Shown piece by piece: positions 12,290 to 23,644 of a stretch of DNA of 64,000 nt. Numbering within the stretch: the stretch's first letter is position 1; each line of letters starts with the position of its first letter. The translations under genes were made by a program, and so were the position numbers. The notes under the pieces are model-generated. The model was not told the DNA's origin, searched no databases, and worked only from the letters and a program-made list of their open reading frames with translations. This DNA is from Alloascoidea hylecoeti (Eukaryota): NCBI GenBank assembly GCA_001600815.1, contig BCKZ01000017.1, forward strand, positions 1 to 64,000. Reading direction: 5' to 3'.

Positions 12290-12798
12290 TTATTTTTTTT
12301 CCTCTTTCAATTTTGCTTCTAGTTTACTGATGTGCTTCTCGAGATTATAAATAGATTGTTGCAGCTTTAAAACATCACCAATGACTACTGATTTCGATTC
12401 ATCAAAGTTTTGGACCACACCATAATAAGTAGAAATTCCAGAAAGTGTAATACCAAATATAAAACCAACGATGCTATAGTTTAGTTAATTAGTTTTTCTC
12501 TCTTTTTTAGAATATAACAAATTTAGGCATACCCTCCTTTAATTCCACCGTATTTTACGTTTATAGTCGTATTGGTATGCTTTGGTTTAAATTCAACGAC
12601 AGGCTTTTTAATTTCCTCTTTTACAACATTCGCTGTGTCTTTCACAGCTTCTTTTGGGGTTTGTAGGTTAACCTTGGTCGGCCCTTTAATTGTTTCTGCA
12701 GCCTTCTTTGCAACATTATCAACAGCTTTATAAGTAGATGTTGAAAAGCCACGAACCGTTTGTCTTCGAAATAGCAGTGATAGAGTTCCTCTGAGCAT
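12290..12798 (-). CDS. Small uncharacterised predicted mitochondrial membrane protein, 2 exons
   Basis: ATG at 12798 (MLRGTLSLLFRRQTVRGFSTS, presequence-like). Intron 12474-12532 (GTATGC...TAG). Exon 2 reads GGIKGGIVGFIFGITLSGISTYY (TM) then a coiled coil ending EEKK*. Resembles a conserved fungal GxFRGGxxGFxxG family. Confidence 0.8.
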
Positions 12799-13613
12799 TG
12801 TGTGGTAATATAGTGTTGTGAAAGGAAAAGAGCACACAAATGTACAAATGTAAGGCTATTTATTTCCTATATGCTTTAATTACTAGTCTCTTGTTTGGAT
12901 GGTTTCTGCCAAATGCGGGTAACTATTCCACCAGATCGTCCAGCTCAGGTCCATCCAAATCATGAAATGTGTTTATATGGCTTTTATGATTTATATAATT
13001 ATGAAGTAAAGTGTGATTCCTGAGCTATATATATACTTTCACTCAATGGAAATATGGTGCTATAGTATCACCGAAAATTAAAATAAGGAAAAAAATATAT
13101 AATATGGTGGAAAAAACCCAGAGCCAAAAATATAAATTTAAGAGTCTTCAAAATTAATAATACAGATTTTCGAGTTGATTTGTTAGACAATTTCCAAATT
13201 TGCTCTTTATTTGCTCTTATTTGCTCATTCGGCTGGTATCCTTTGCCTTTTTTGATCTTTATACAAGTTTAAGATTTCTAAATGGTTTAACTTGCTCACT
13301 TTATGTGGCTAAAGTTTGGAGTATAAATATCTTTCAAATTGTTGTTAAATATCCTACCGTGCCTTTCAATTTTTTTTTTATTATGATGAAGGTGTTCTAG
13401 TCAAATAATCATGAAATATAACACAACAAAATGAAATCTACTTTTGAGGTTAAATATTTATTAAAATTTATTAAACTTTCATATAAAATAGCGTTAATTA
13501 CAACATATTTTCATTAAGGAAGGAGTTATTCACATATTCAATTATAAAGGTCCATCCTTGAGATCACAAAATAAGCAAACAAAAATTTTAGCATAAAAAG
13601 AAACATATGGGGC

Positions 13614-15482
13614 CTACGATGTGGAATTACGATGCAGCGAACCAATTTCTTCGGTGATTTCTTCATTATCATCTTCGATATACTCAACGCCTAAACCTTT
13701 GGCTACATCTTTATCAAGAGTCTCGGGTGGTGTTGCCATGCCATATAAGGCAATTGCAATGATTCCCAATATACCTGAAATACATGAGAATACCATAGCA
13801 ACAATACCTCTAGCTGTGAAACCTGTAGGAATTGTAGCTTGCTGAACATTTTCACCTGTCAAGTCAAGATAGTCTGATGTTATACCAGCAGCATTACCGG
13901 ACTTACCAACACCAACTGCCTCACAAACATCGAAATAATTATCAGAAAGAGTTTGATTTTCTTGAATAACCAATGGGGCTTCAACCAATATTAAATCAAG
14001 GCCTTGTTCCATATGCCATTCAACATGACAGTGGAAAATCCAAGCTCCTGGATTATCTGCTTTAAATCTAATGACAATATAACCTTGTTTTCTCACAAAG
14101 ACCGTGTCACGCTTCATAGGAATTTCAGGCCAGTCCATATGATCATTGGGATTAAAGTTAAGTGGTAACTCATCATCAGGAACTGAATGTGATCTTTCAA
14201 TAAGCTGAAAGTGATGACCATGCATATGAAAACCATGTGTACCTGTATCATTATTGTTTAAAATTATCTCCACAATCTCATTATGTTGCAATACAATTGA
14301 GTGTGTGTTTGTACCGTATATGGTTTGAGTTGTTGCTAAGTCACCAGATGTCATGATTGTAGTCAAGGTTGGAACTTTAGGTGCAACATAGGTAATATTA
14401 TTAAAAAATGCATAGTTGATACCATCAATTAAATTATCCATAATAACAGCAACTTCAATAGTATAATCTGGATCTTGATAAATTTCCTCTTCGTCGTATG
14501 GTGTTAGGTAGAAATCATCACCATATGGAATAAATGGTTCATCTTCATCAATATCAATAACAGGAGGTTCTGGCAATTCTGCACTTTCGTTATAGACAAT
14601 CCAATTTCGGGTTGTTAAAACCATATCATCATACATTATATCTAACATTGTTGTATCATAATGTGTTACAATATTGTAATTCTTTGAGGTATCATTTTTA
14701 GTGGTTAATAGGAATGCATACCTTTGACCGGTGGTAACCAGTAATTGGTAAGTCTCATTCTTCTTTGTATAAATACCATCAACTTCGACGACCGTAATGT
14801 TATGATCTTCGATCCAAAAATATTGAGAAATAAAGGCACCCATATTGATCAATCTAACTAGATAAGTTTTACCTGGCTCTACATTCCATGTATAATTAGT
14901 GGTTTCATTCATAATCAGGTTTTGGGGAATTGGTTCAGCACCGGTCGGGTTATATAAGTTCAAGAACTCAGCTTTCAATACAGACATTTCTTTATGATAC
15001 CAGTCACAAATAGTTAAGGTAACATCTTCATCATAGTCGTCTGAATAGGGAAAGTCATCACCATGAACAATCAAAGGAGCTCTAAATCCGTCAGGATATT
15101 GACCACCTTCGTGTGAATGATACCAATAAGTACCACTTTGCTCCAAAGTAAAGTTATAAGTGTACGTTTGGTTTGGAGCAATCGGGCATTGCGTGACAAA
15201 CGGTACGCCATCATTTAAATTAGTTCCGTTTTGCCAAAGTCCATGAAAATGCATTGATGTGTTTCGATCTGATAATCCATTAGTGAAATTAATAATAACA
15301 CGGTCGCCTTTATCGAACTCAAGAGATGGCCATGGCCACTTGCCATTACAACCCAGTACTCTTCGCTCATGAATACCATCGGGGTTAGCTGTAGTCCAAC
15401 CTATAGTCATATTATATTCCCATGTCTTTGCTGTTATACCTGTCACAAGAGCTAACAACAGAATTATTGAATCGAAATACAT
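13614..15482 (-). CDS. FET3: Iron-uptake multicopper ferroxidase (Fet3 family)
   Basis: Signal peptide, Cu-binding motifs HFHG, WYHSH, HGFHMHGH and HCHVEWH, NPTGAEPIPQN, and a C-terminal TM (GFTARGIVAMVFSC). Confidence 0.93.
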   Translation of the reverse strand: MYFDSIILLLALVTGITAKTWEYNMTIGWTTANPDGIHERRVLGCNGKWPWPSLEFDKGDRVIINFTNGLSDRNTSMHFHGLWQNGTNLNDGVPFVTQCPIAPNQTYTYNFTLEQSGTYWYHSHEGGQYPDGFRAPLIVHGDDFPYSDDYDEDVTLTICDWYHKEMSVLKAEFLNLYNPTGAEPIPQNLIMNETTNYTWNVEPGKTYLVRLINMGAFISQYFWIEDHNITVVEVDGIYTKKNETYQLLVTTGQRYAFLLTTKNDTSKNYNIVTHYDTTMLDIMYDDMVLTTRNWIVYNESAELPEPPVIDIDEDEPFIPYGDDFYLTPYDEEEIYQDPDYTIEVAVIMDNLIDGINYAFFNNITYVAPKVPTLTTIMTSGDLATTQTIYGTNTHSIVLQHNEIVEIILNNNDTGTHGFHMHGHHFQLIERSHSVPDDELPLNFNPNDHMDWPEIPMKRDTVFVRKQGYIVIRFKADNPGAWIFHCHVEWHMEQGLDLILVEAPLVIQENQTLSDNYFDVCEAVGVGKSGNAAGITSDYLDLTGENVQQATIPTGFTARGIVAMVFSCISGILGIIAIALYGMATPPETLDKDVAKGLGVEYIEDDNEEITEEIGSLHRNSTS

Positions 15483-17832
15483 TTTAACTTCTCAAATAAG
15501 AACTGATCGATAAAAATTAACAGCTTAAATGGAAAGATTAACATTTGGGTACGAAAGACCTTTTATATCAGAAGAGAACTTCATTTACACTTTTTCTGTT
15601 CAGAATATTTACATCGGCTAATGAACAAATTAAAATTATCTTTATAATTATTAATTATAAATATGAACATTAATTAATGCTAACAAGCGATGGAAAAGAT
15701 AAGATTGAATTAACTATGATCATGAGTTCATACTAATTCATAGGTAAGATTGGCATGGCTTTTGAAATTCTCTACTTAATTAATTCGCTTAAGCATCCTC
15801 TTCTTATAAACAGCCATACAGGTCTCAATAAACAAGAGCCCTGCATGAAAAAGTCATCTTTATAGAATCCTTTACTTTGAAATGACATATAAATAGTTTT
15901 ATAGGTGGATAGGAGTCTTTAGGACGCATGCTTACTAGCAAAAGGCATCTAAATTAAAACCACATTACACATGATTTTTCTTTCACGCCGAAAAGCTAAG
16001 GTTATACAGTGCACTTGTAATATACACACATTATTATAATTACAATTATCTTACTAAAACGGTAGTAAAAAAAAATAAAACCTCTAGCTTCAGCCTAAAA
16101 ACAGAACTCGAATTGATCATGATTATATTATCATCATGATATTAACAGTATGTATCATTTAATTGAAAGATAGCGTGTGTAGCCGAATTTTCTTAACTGA
16201 AAGAAAAAACTATAATAATTGTAAGTTCAACAGATTTTAAATTTAATATAATAACTAGATCTAGATATAAATATCGAGAGAAAAAGAATATGTATTATTA
16301 TTTATGAGAAGGCCCTGGAAAGGAAAATGGATATAAGGATTAGCCTTATAGTATACGAGAGAGATCAAACCTGTAACTGTATGAAGAAAAAAAATTATTT
16401 ACAATAAATCCAAAATAGATTAATTAAAATAAAAATAATGTCGTGTGATTTCTGGTGCCATCTTTAATTAAGCTCAAGATTATCTAGATTATCTTGCGAT
16501 TGCAGATTATTAAATAATACCTACATTATAAGTTTTTATACAGTGATACAACAGAAACTTCATTCCGAGCCTTTAAGTTTTACAACTGGCTAGTCATAGG
16601 GTGACTTTATTTTCGAAGGTTGTTACTCGGAGTTTGGCCCTTGAACTTTTATAGTCCCTTGCATTCTAAAGTATTTTAATATTTATATCATACTTCTGGT
16701 TCCTACTATGATATAATGATTATTCTCTCAGAGTCTAATAATTTAAGGTCACTTCCAGAAGCTTAAGAGTTCTATTCAAAATTTGATAAAATTATCTGCC
16801 CCGAACCATTAATTAATGTTTTCTTCAAAATTATCTGTTTTTATTTCGTGTAGTGTATTGCTGATTGATAGGCGTTCGGTGATGACCAGTACAAATTTGA
16901 GAGCTCAAGGACTCAAGGGGAGGTGTTGTCAAATTTTAATATTGTTGTTCCACTATATTAAGGAGCGGAATTGGTATTTGCTTCATGATCAAGCTTAATA
17001 TGCAAATATTATTAATTAAATTTAAAATGAATTGATTGATTAATCGAGTGATTAATCAAACATTTCAAAACTTCTTTTTCTGTAGTTCTTTCAATAAACT
17101 TCTATACTTCATTTAACCCAACTTTAGCTATGCACTTATAAGTTTACATCTTGCTGTGAGCTGATCCTTACATTATATTAGAGCCTTTGAATATATGCCC
17201 CCATCATCCAGTCATGAGTAAGATTTTCTTTTCTTAAAGATACATTCTTTTGTTTGGTATATACCTTAAAACTTAACCCGAGAAGACCCAATTCAAGAAG
17301 AATATTTTAAGTTTCACTAAGTTAGATGTAATTTTTATTTTATTGTGATCTATTGGTATATTTATTAAAACAGTATTATAAAACTATTACAAGCGCTGAT
17401 GATTAAAATTGTTTATAAGATATATGATATTGCGAAATTGTGATAGCGATTGTGAAGACAGATATAAGGCTTATACATATGTACAATAATAGAATTCGAA
17501 TATGGTATACCGATTAATGAGAATTACAAAAATGTTTAAAATTATTAGATACCAAGTATTACCAACACAATAATTAAGTTTTTTAAAAACTATTCATATA
17601 TCTTGGAACTACAATTTGCACTTAATGGTATTAATACTGTTTGATGTATACGAGAACCATGATAATTATCATTTTCTAATTATAAACAGCGCCATAGCAG
17701 AGGTTAATATTATCATAAAACGTCATGATCAAGCTTACGTAGCAGTTCATAAAATTGAAATTAGTATATCAAGAACCCATATTTCCTAGTAAACGAATAC
17801 AGTAGGTCAGATGTGTTTGCGGTCTGAAAATT

Positions 17833-18220
17833 TTCTTGAATAAAGAAGCAATTCTCAAGGAAATATTACTAAATAAAATATAAATAACATTTTTTAACCT
17901 GTCTAAACATCACAGGAGACAATTAGAGTAATCAATATGCCCTCCATTTATTTCCACAGTAGTTTTAATCTGACCTCTTAACTCTGAAAGTATTACTGAA
18001 AGATGATCCTTGGCCCTCTTGAGTCTAGCACTAATTTTTGTCGAGCCACTTTTGAGCTCGTGACAAACGGTTTTAAGCTAACAAAATCTTGATTAAAAGA
18101 GCATTCTTCAAGAAATTCTTATTAAATAAAATATCTTATGTGTAGCGTAACCTATCGAAACATCATTGGAGACAATTACAGTAGTTGATATGCCTTAAGT
18201 TTTATTCTACAACTTGTTTT
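17833..18220 (+). repeat. Diverged direct repeat, ~135-bp units ~255 bp apart
   Basis: 17833-17970 and 18088-18220 share TCTTGA.TAAA, TAAATAAAATAT, TAACCT.TC.AAACATCA..GGAGACAATTA.AGTA and ATATGCC in the same order. Confidence 0.75.
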
Positions 18221-18901
18221 CGTAGAAGTGATGCTTCAGTCAAAAAGTGATTGATCTGGTTGATCCCATAACTCTAGAAACTTCTAAAAAATGCTTCTTG
18301 ATCTTCTTGACACTCCCTTATTTACTACTCCTTTCATACCTAACTTTTTGAGCTTATCCCACATAGTTTTCGATGAGATTCAGCTCTGGGGAGTTCACGG
18401 GCTAACATACTTGTTCCATTTGAATTCCCTCCTTGTTGGGTTTTGATATTATGATTGGGGGATTGTCCTTTTGAAGAATAATACTTTAAAAGCCCTAAAT
18501 TAAAGGTATTTCTACCCGTTATAATACTTTTCTGATATACGCTTCTTAACTGGGGATTCCCTTTGTAACAGAGGAATATGGCGTTTTTTTTTCGTCGGGC
18601 ATTTTTGTAATCCTCTTTCAGGTGCCTACGAGTATTCAAAGATACCTTTATGGCCTGTAACTCAGTCGTGTGTTCTACAGTGCAAGATGTTTTGAAAGGA
18701 AGCTAGACGCATCTCCCGAAATTCTGAAGAGCACCTACAATTCTGCCATTTGTAGATACGTATGACATGATGAGACCAAAGAAACGAGATATTACTTTTG
18801 CTTTCTAGTTAGCAGAGCCATTTATATTTTCAATGGGGTTAAATTATTAAGTTTTCAAATAAAGTTTATCAGATATATACGCGAGTGAAACATTTTCAGA
18901 C

Positions 18902-20406
18902 TGTCGTCGCACCATAAGTAAAAGGGTGAAGGTGAACTAACCACAATATAAAAACTTTCTAGATAATAAAAGAGACTGCAGATCACCTGTTTGTACCAGC
19001 ACTCAATAACTGGTAAATGGAAGAAGCAATAGTCCTTTTAACTCAGATACTCAATGCTTAACTCTCACTCAAGTTAGGTGAAATGTTCAATCAAACAAGG
19101 CTAGTCAATCAAAAATATATGTTTTCTTGATCTTTTCTAGTAAACAAGGGGGATAGTTAGTTTATTAAAAGAATTTATCATTAGCTACTATCCCCGAACT
19201 TACTACCAAAGCATTGGCGTTTGAAGCAGCAGCACGAAAATAATTAGAAGGGATATTAATATTAATATTGATCTCTCTATGTATGATTCTCTTAATTCGC
19301 ATCGTCATTCTTACTTGAGATTTCACTTTCTCGATCATGGCTCACCTCATTAAAACTATAGACTCTTAGAATTATATATTATAGTAATCATAATTTTTCA
19401 GAGTATTATTGATTAAATTTAAAACTTATGCTTTCTCAGACTCCACTCCACTCCAAAAAAAAAAAGGCAAGACGACAGCCAGCTACTGAATACTCTAAAA
19501 GACATTAAAATATTCTTAAAATCGTCCATAATATTTTTTATGAACGTTTATGCTGTGTTCAATATTAATTGGATTCAGGTCTGGTGAAAAAGAAAGCCAC
19601 TACAGCACCTCTATCTCCTTGTCACAAGACCAATTCATCGTCATCCCCACTTTATAGATAGGAAGGCAAGCACTGGAGCCATAACCCTGAAAAATATTCA
19701 ATTGGACTGTATAAATAGCTGGAATCTATCCTTTTAATCCCCAAAAGGTATTTTTAAAGAGAGAAGTATATGAGGATTTACCTGAAAGATTTAAATCCAT
19801 CAAGTTTTTAAAAGAAACTTACGCAGCATGGTTAGAAAAGTCCAAAATCTTTTGTAAAAATATCTGATGCTGATTTATGCAAATTTCTTCAAGTATGCAA
19901 GAGACTTTATTAGCTCATCTGCATATTTTCACAGTGCTCGCATTTATCTCTAAAAAGAAGTACAATATTACTCTTAACAGGGATTCTTTAAACAATATTC
20001 TAAATTGATACATATATGAGGTTATATGTACAGTATGTCACAATTTTTTGCGGTCTTGTCGTGTTACTGCCTCAAACACCAATGTTTTGGCAATAAGTTC
20101 TGGGATAGTAACTGTTGATAAAATCGATCATTCTTTTAATAAACTAACTATCCCCCTTGTTTACTAGAAAAGATCAAGAACATATATTTTTGATTGACTA
20201 GCCTTGTTTGATTGAACATTTCACCTAACTTGAGTGAGAGTTAAGCATTGAGTATCTGAGTTAAAAGGACTATTGCTTCTTCCATTTACCAGTTATTGAG
20301 TGCTGGTACAAACAGGTTCTGCAGTCTCTTTTATTATCTAGAAAGTTTTTATATTGTGGTTAGTTCACCTTCACCCTTTTACTTATATTTAAGTGGTGCG
20401 ACCACA
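18902..20406 (-). mobile_element. Non-autonomous Tc1/mariner element: ~260-bp near-identical inverted repeats around a decayed transposase
   Basis: 18914-19174 is the reverse complement of 20130-20386 apart from a few small indels/substitutions. The interior minus strand reads IFQGYGSSACLPIYKVGMTMNWSCDKEIEVL*WLSFSPDLNPINIEH, i.e. the Tc1 FQQDNAPxH...WPxxSPDLNPIE signature (~19545-19700). Confidence 0.85.
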
Positions 20407-20414
20407 ACTAAATT

Positions 20415-20592
20415 CAGTCATTTCACTTAATTTCGGCTATACGGTTAATATTGAGCCACCATTCAAACTGAATGGTTAGATACATGATATAAAAATATTC
20501 GGCCTTGTTGATGATTATTATTAATTATCTATTCATCATCATCTAACTAATAATACAACTCAAGAGGTGGTCGAAATTAAGTAAAATTACTA
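20415..20592. mobile_element. MITE-like element with ~24-bp imperfect TIRs
   Basis: Left CAGTCATTTCACTTAATTTCGGCTA; reverse complement of right end TAGTAATTTTACTTAATTTCGACCA. Confidence 0.6.
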
Positions 20593-21051
20593 TTATGTAT
20601 TGCAAAGAAAGAATATATTATGATAACTAAAAGCATTTAAATTTTAACAAGACCGATATAATCTAAAAGTTAAACGAACAAATTTAAACGTAAACATAAG
20701 TGAAATAAAAAAGAAAAACAGCAATATTGATATAAATTTTAAGTTAGCAAGTATCATATAAGTTAATAATTTTTAACATTAACATAATTTATATATTAAT
20801 AGGTGGTGCTTCGTTATAAAAAAGATGAAGCTTTAATAATAATAAAAAAATAAAAAGTCTAGTTATTAAAGTAAATTGATAGTGAAGTCCATTTTATTTT
20901 TTAAGAGCTGGTCGTTTTTGCATTATTCATAATCTTTGATTGTATCGTATTATATTTGTGTTTTATCTTTTTCAATTTATATTTTAATCTAATTTTAATG
21001 GAGTTCACAGTTTATAATTTATATTTTATAATTTTATAATTTTATAATTTT

Positions 21052-23367
21052 TTATGATTTCTTACCCCAGGGTAAACCCTTCCAAAGTGATCTTCTCTTC
21101 TTCCTTTTAGTACTATCGATAGAACTAGAGGAGCTTAATGTAGGATATAATCTACTACTTGATGGAGCAGGAGGACTGCTTTTAGCAACTTTCAATTCAG
21201 GACCAAAAGTTGAAGATTGTTGTTTGATTCTTTTAATTTCAGGCATTTGAATTGAAATTGATGGGTTCGGTGGAATTCCAGGATCATTATCTAAATCACT
21301 ATTTGATGTGTCCTTACCTTTACCTTTACCTTTACCATTTTCATTTCCAAACGAATTAGAATGAAAACTTAAATTAGGAACGGACCCTCTTGTAAGAGGA
21401 GTACGAAACGATGATGAAGATGTTTCTTGTTCAATATTTTCTTGCCTAACAGTTGATAAAGAATGACCATTCGAAGAGGAAATAGGAGGAGTTTTAACAC
21501 GTTCATGATTTAAAGTTGTTGAAATTGAAGGAATCTCAACATCATCGAATCTAAATTGAGTTGTAGAATAACCAGAATATGACATCTGTCTTTTAAAAAT
21601 CTGTGGGCGTGTTGGTATAGCCGCTGAGCTGTGTGTTTGGTAATTATCACCAAGTGGTGAAGGACCAGGTCTACTAGAAACACTCGGAGATCTTGATGAA
21701 GACAGAGAAATTTTTGCAATTTCTTTATCTAAATCATCAAGCAAAGAAGATTGATGGCTTACTCTTTCTTTTTCTTTTGTAAGAGATTCACTTCTAGAAG
21801 AATCCGAAGCTTTTGCTAAAATAGCTTTAAAATGTATCTCATTAAATTTTAAATTAACAGTTCCATGTATAGATTCTGCATTTGATTTTTGATGTGCAAT
21901 ATTTTCATTGCTATTGTCATATAAAATTTTTAACCTTCCTTTTAAAATTTTCATAACCTTAATTTCGAAATTAGCCATAGTATTTCCAGGTACTAATATA
22001 ACAGGAACAGGACTTTTAACTAATAATCTATCAGATAACTTTTTACTGTCATCACTCCTATTAGTCGTAGTGGCAGTATTTTTAGCACCAGTAACAATTA
22101 AAGTAGGCTGATATAACTCGACTCCTTCTTTTAGTGTATCTTTTGTTGAACCAACAATAATATCAACACGTACCGATATTACCAAATTAGGATCAATTAA
22201 ATAAGAAACATAATTAATTATATCTTTTGCAATCGTTGCAATTGATCTTCTTGTTTCAGCGCTTTGAGCACTAGTATTATTATCTGAATCAATTTCATTT
22301 CCGGCGAGATGATGATTTATACTAATATTTGGATCCAAACTTTTAATTCTACTAAGTGGATTTCGATTTCTACCCCTATCACGACTTGGACTTGCTCTGA
22401 TGTTTGAAACCGAACGAGATCTTGGATGATATATATCATCATCATAATTGGAATGTCTTGCGATTCTATTAGCTTCGGATTCAGAAACAGAAGCAGTTAT
22501 AACCAAATAATCACCATTTTTCAAAAATAAGGTAGATAAATAATCCAATGCAACCCAAGTATGCCTACGACCAGAAATATAGCATAGAATACAACGCCGT
22601 TGAAAATTCTTTGCAGTTAATTTATCATATTTCAATATTTCTTGTTTAATTGAACTTTTTGTAGAATTATGAGCAGTATTGGTTTTAACAAGTGGACTTG
22701 GTACATAAACATCATCATCTTGATTGTGATGTTGATTCTCATGTTGGATTAAATTTTTAATTCTATCTCTATCATTATTTTTATGTTTATTTTTATCATT
22801 ATTTCGATTTTGTGGTTTATTTGCATCATCTTTCAATTTTTTTGCTTCTTTCTCTTTTGATATTCTCGCATCTTCTTCCTTCAGTAATTCTTGTATCTTC
22901 AAATTTCTATCTCTTGCGTGTCGATAATAATCTCTATGAGAAGCGGAGACGCTATAACTTCTACTTTTCGTAATTGGTTTTGTGGGATAAATTGTTGTGC
23001 CATCGCTATTTAGTTGGAAGTTATTACCAGTAGGACTTAACGCCCGAGGACTGAGAGTTCCAGAAGATCTTCTGGTTGGGCTGCCCACACGGACAAGAGC
23101 GCTCCTTATATCCATTCGGTCCCGCAAAGTAATGCCATCGTCTTCGTTTGCGTATCTTCCCGGTGAGATGTAATAAGGATCAAAAGTATCAAACGAGATG
23201 CTGTAAGAAAGTTTGCCGTCATTTGTGGTTCGTCTGCGAGCACTGTCTGCGGGTGTCTGTTCCGAGGATGCACCGGCGTGGGATGAATGCGGCCGAGGAT
23301 CCGATTGAGGGTCCACTTGAGGGTCGTGAGGGGAAGGGCTGTCCCGAAGACTGCTAGGGTTTCTCAT
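21052..23367 (-). CDS. Ser-rich protein with a universal-stress-protein (UspA)-like domain
   Basis: Long ORF; first in-frame ATG at 23367 (MRNPSS). Central RRCILCYISGRRHTWVALDY...GDYLVI...PTLIVTG...LLVKSPVPVILV fits a USP fold; flanks are disordered. Confidence 0.7.
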   Translation of the reverse strand: MRNPSSLRDSPSPHDPQVDPQSDPRPHSSHAGASSEQTPADSARRRTTNDGKLSYSISFDTFDPYYISPGRYANEDDGITLRDRMDIRSALVRVGSPTRRSSGTLSPRALSPTGNNFQLNSDGTTIYPTKPITKSRSYSVSASHRDYYRHARDRNLKIQELLKEEDARISKEKEAKKLKDDANKPQNRNNDKNKHKNNDRDRIKNLIQHENQHHNQDDDVYVPSPLVKTNTAHNSTKSSIKQEILKYDKLTAKNFQRRCILCYISGRRHTWVALDYLSTLFLKNGDYLVITASVSESEANRIARHSNYDDDIYHPRSRSVSNIRASPSRDRGRNRNPLSRIKSLDPNISINHHLAGNEIDSDNNTSAQSAETRRSIATIAKDIINYVSYLIDPNLVISVRVDIIVGSTKDTLKEGVELYQPTLIVTGAKNTATTTNRSDDSKKLSDRLLVKSPVPVILVPGNTMANFEIKVMKILKGRLKILYDNSNENIAHQKSNAESIHGTVNLKFNEIHFKAILAKASDSSRSESLTKEKERVSHQSSLLDDLDKEIAKISLSSSRSPSVSSRPGPSPLGDNYQTHSSAAIPTRPQIFKRQMSYSGYSTTQFRFDDVEIPSISTTLNHERVKTPPISSSNGHSLSTVRQENIEQETSSSSFRTPLTRGSVPNLSFHSNSFGNENGKGKGKGKDTSNSDLDNDPGIPPNPSISIQMPEIKRIKQQSSTFGPELKVAKSSPPAPSSSRLYPTLSSSSSIDSTKRKKRRSLWKGLPWGKKS

Positions 23368-23536
23368 TGGGGCTGCACGTATTGGAGGAAGACAAATTTT
23401 TGTTTTGTTTCTGATTTGCAATTGTATGTTTATCCTGCATATGCACGCCAATCCCAATACGGAGCTCCAATTGCTTTTTGCAGCAGAACACTAGCCCGAT
23501 CTGGAAACAGACAGCGCAGCACAGCCTCCGGATGGC

Positions 23537-23608
23537 TGATTGGCTGGATACCGTTGCCACCGCTGAGTCAGCAGATGCTACGTGGCCGAAAACGAATTTT
23601 TATATAAA
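23537..23608 (+). promoter_or_regulatory. HAC1 promoter elements: CCAAT (reverse), TGAGTCA (Gcn4/AP-1 type), TACGTGGC (UPRE-2-like), TATA
   Basis: GATTGG near 23538, TGAGTCA 23564-23570, TACGTGGC 23579-23586 and TATATAAA 23601-23608, all within ~110 bp of the ATG at 23645. Confidence 0.55.
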
Positions 23609-23644
23609 TATTGACTTCTCGTTTTTTTTTACCTCTTAATATTA

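Noticed and set aside
23368..23457. N-terminal extension of the USP-domain ORF
   Set aside because: Starts at TTG within the promoter; the first ATG is at 23367.
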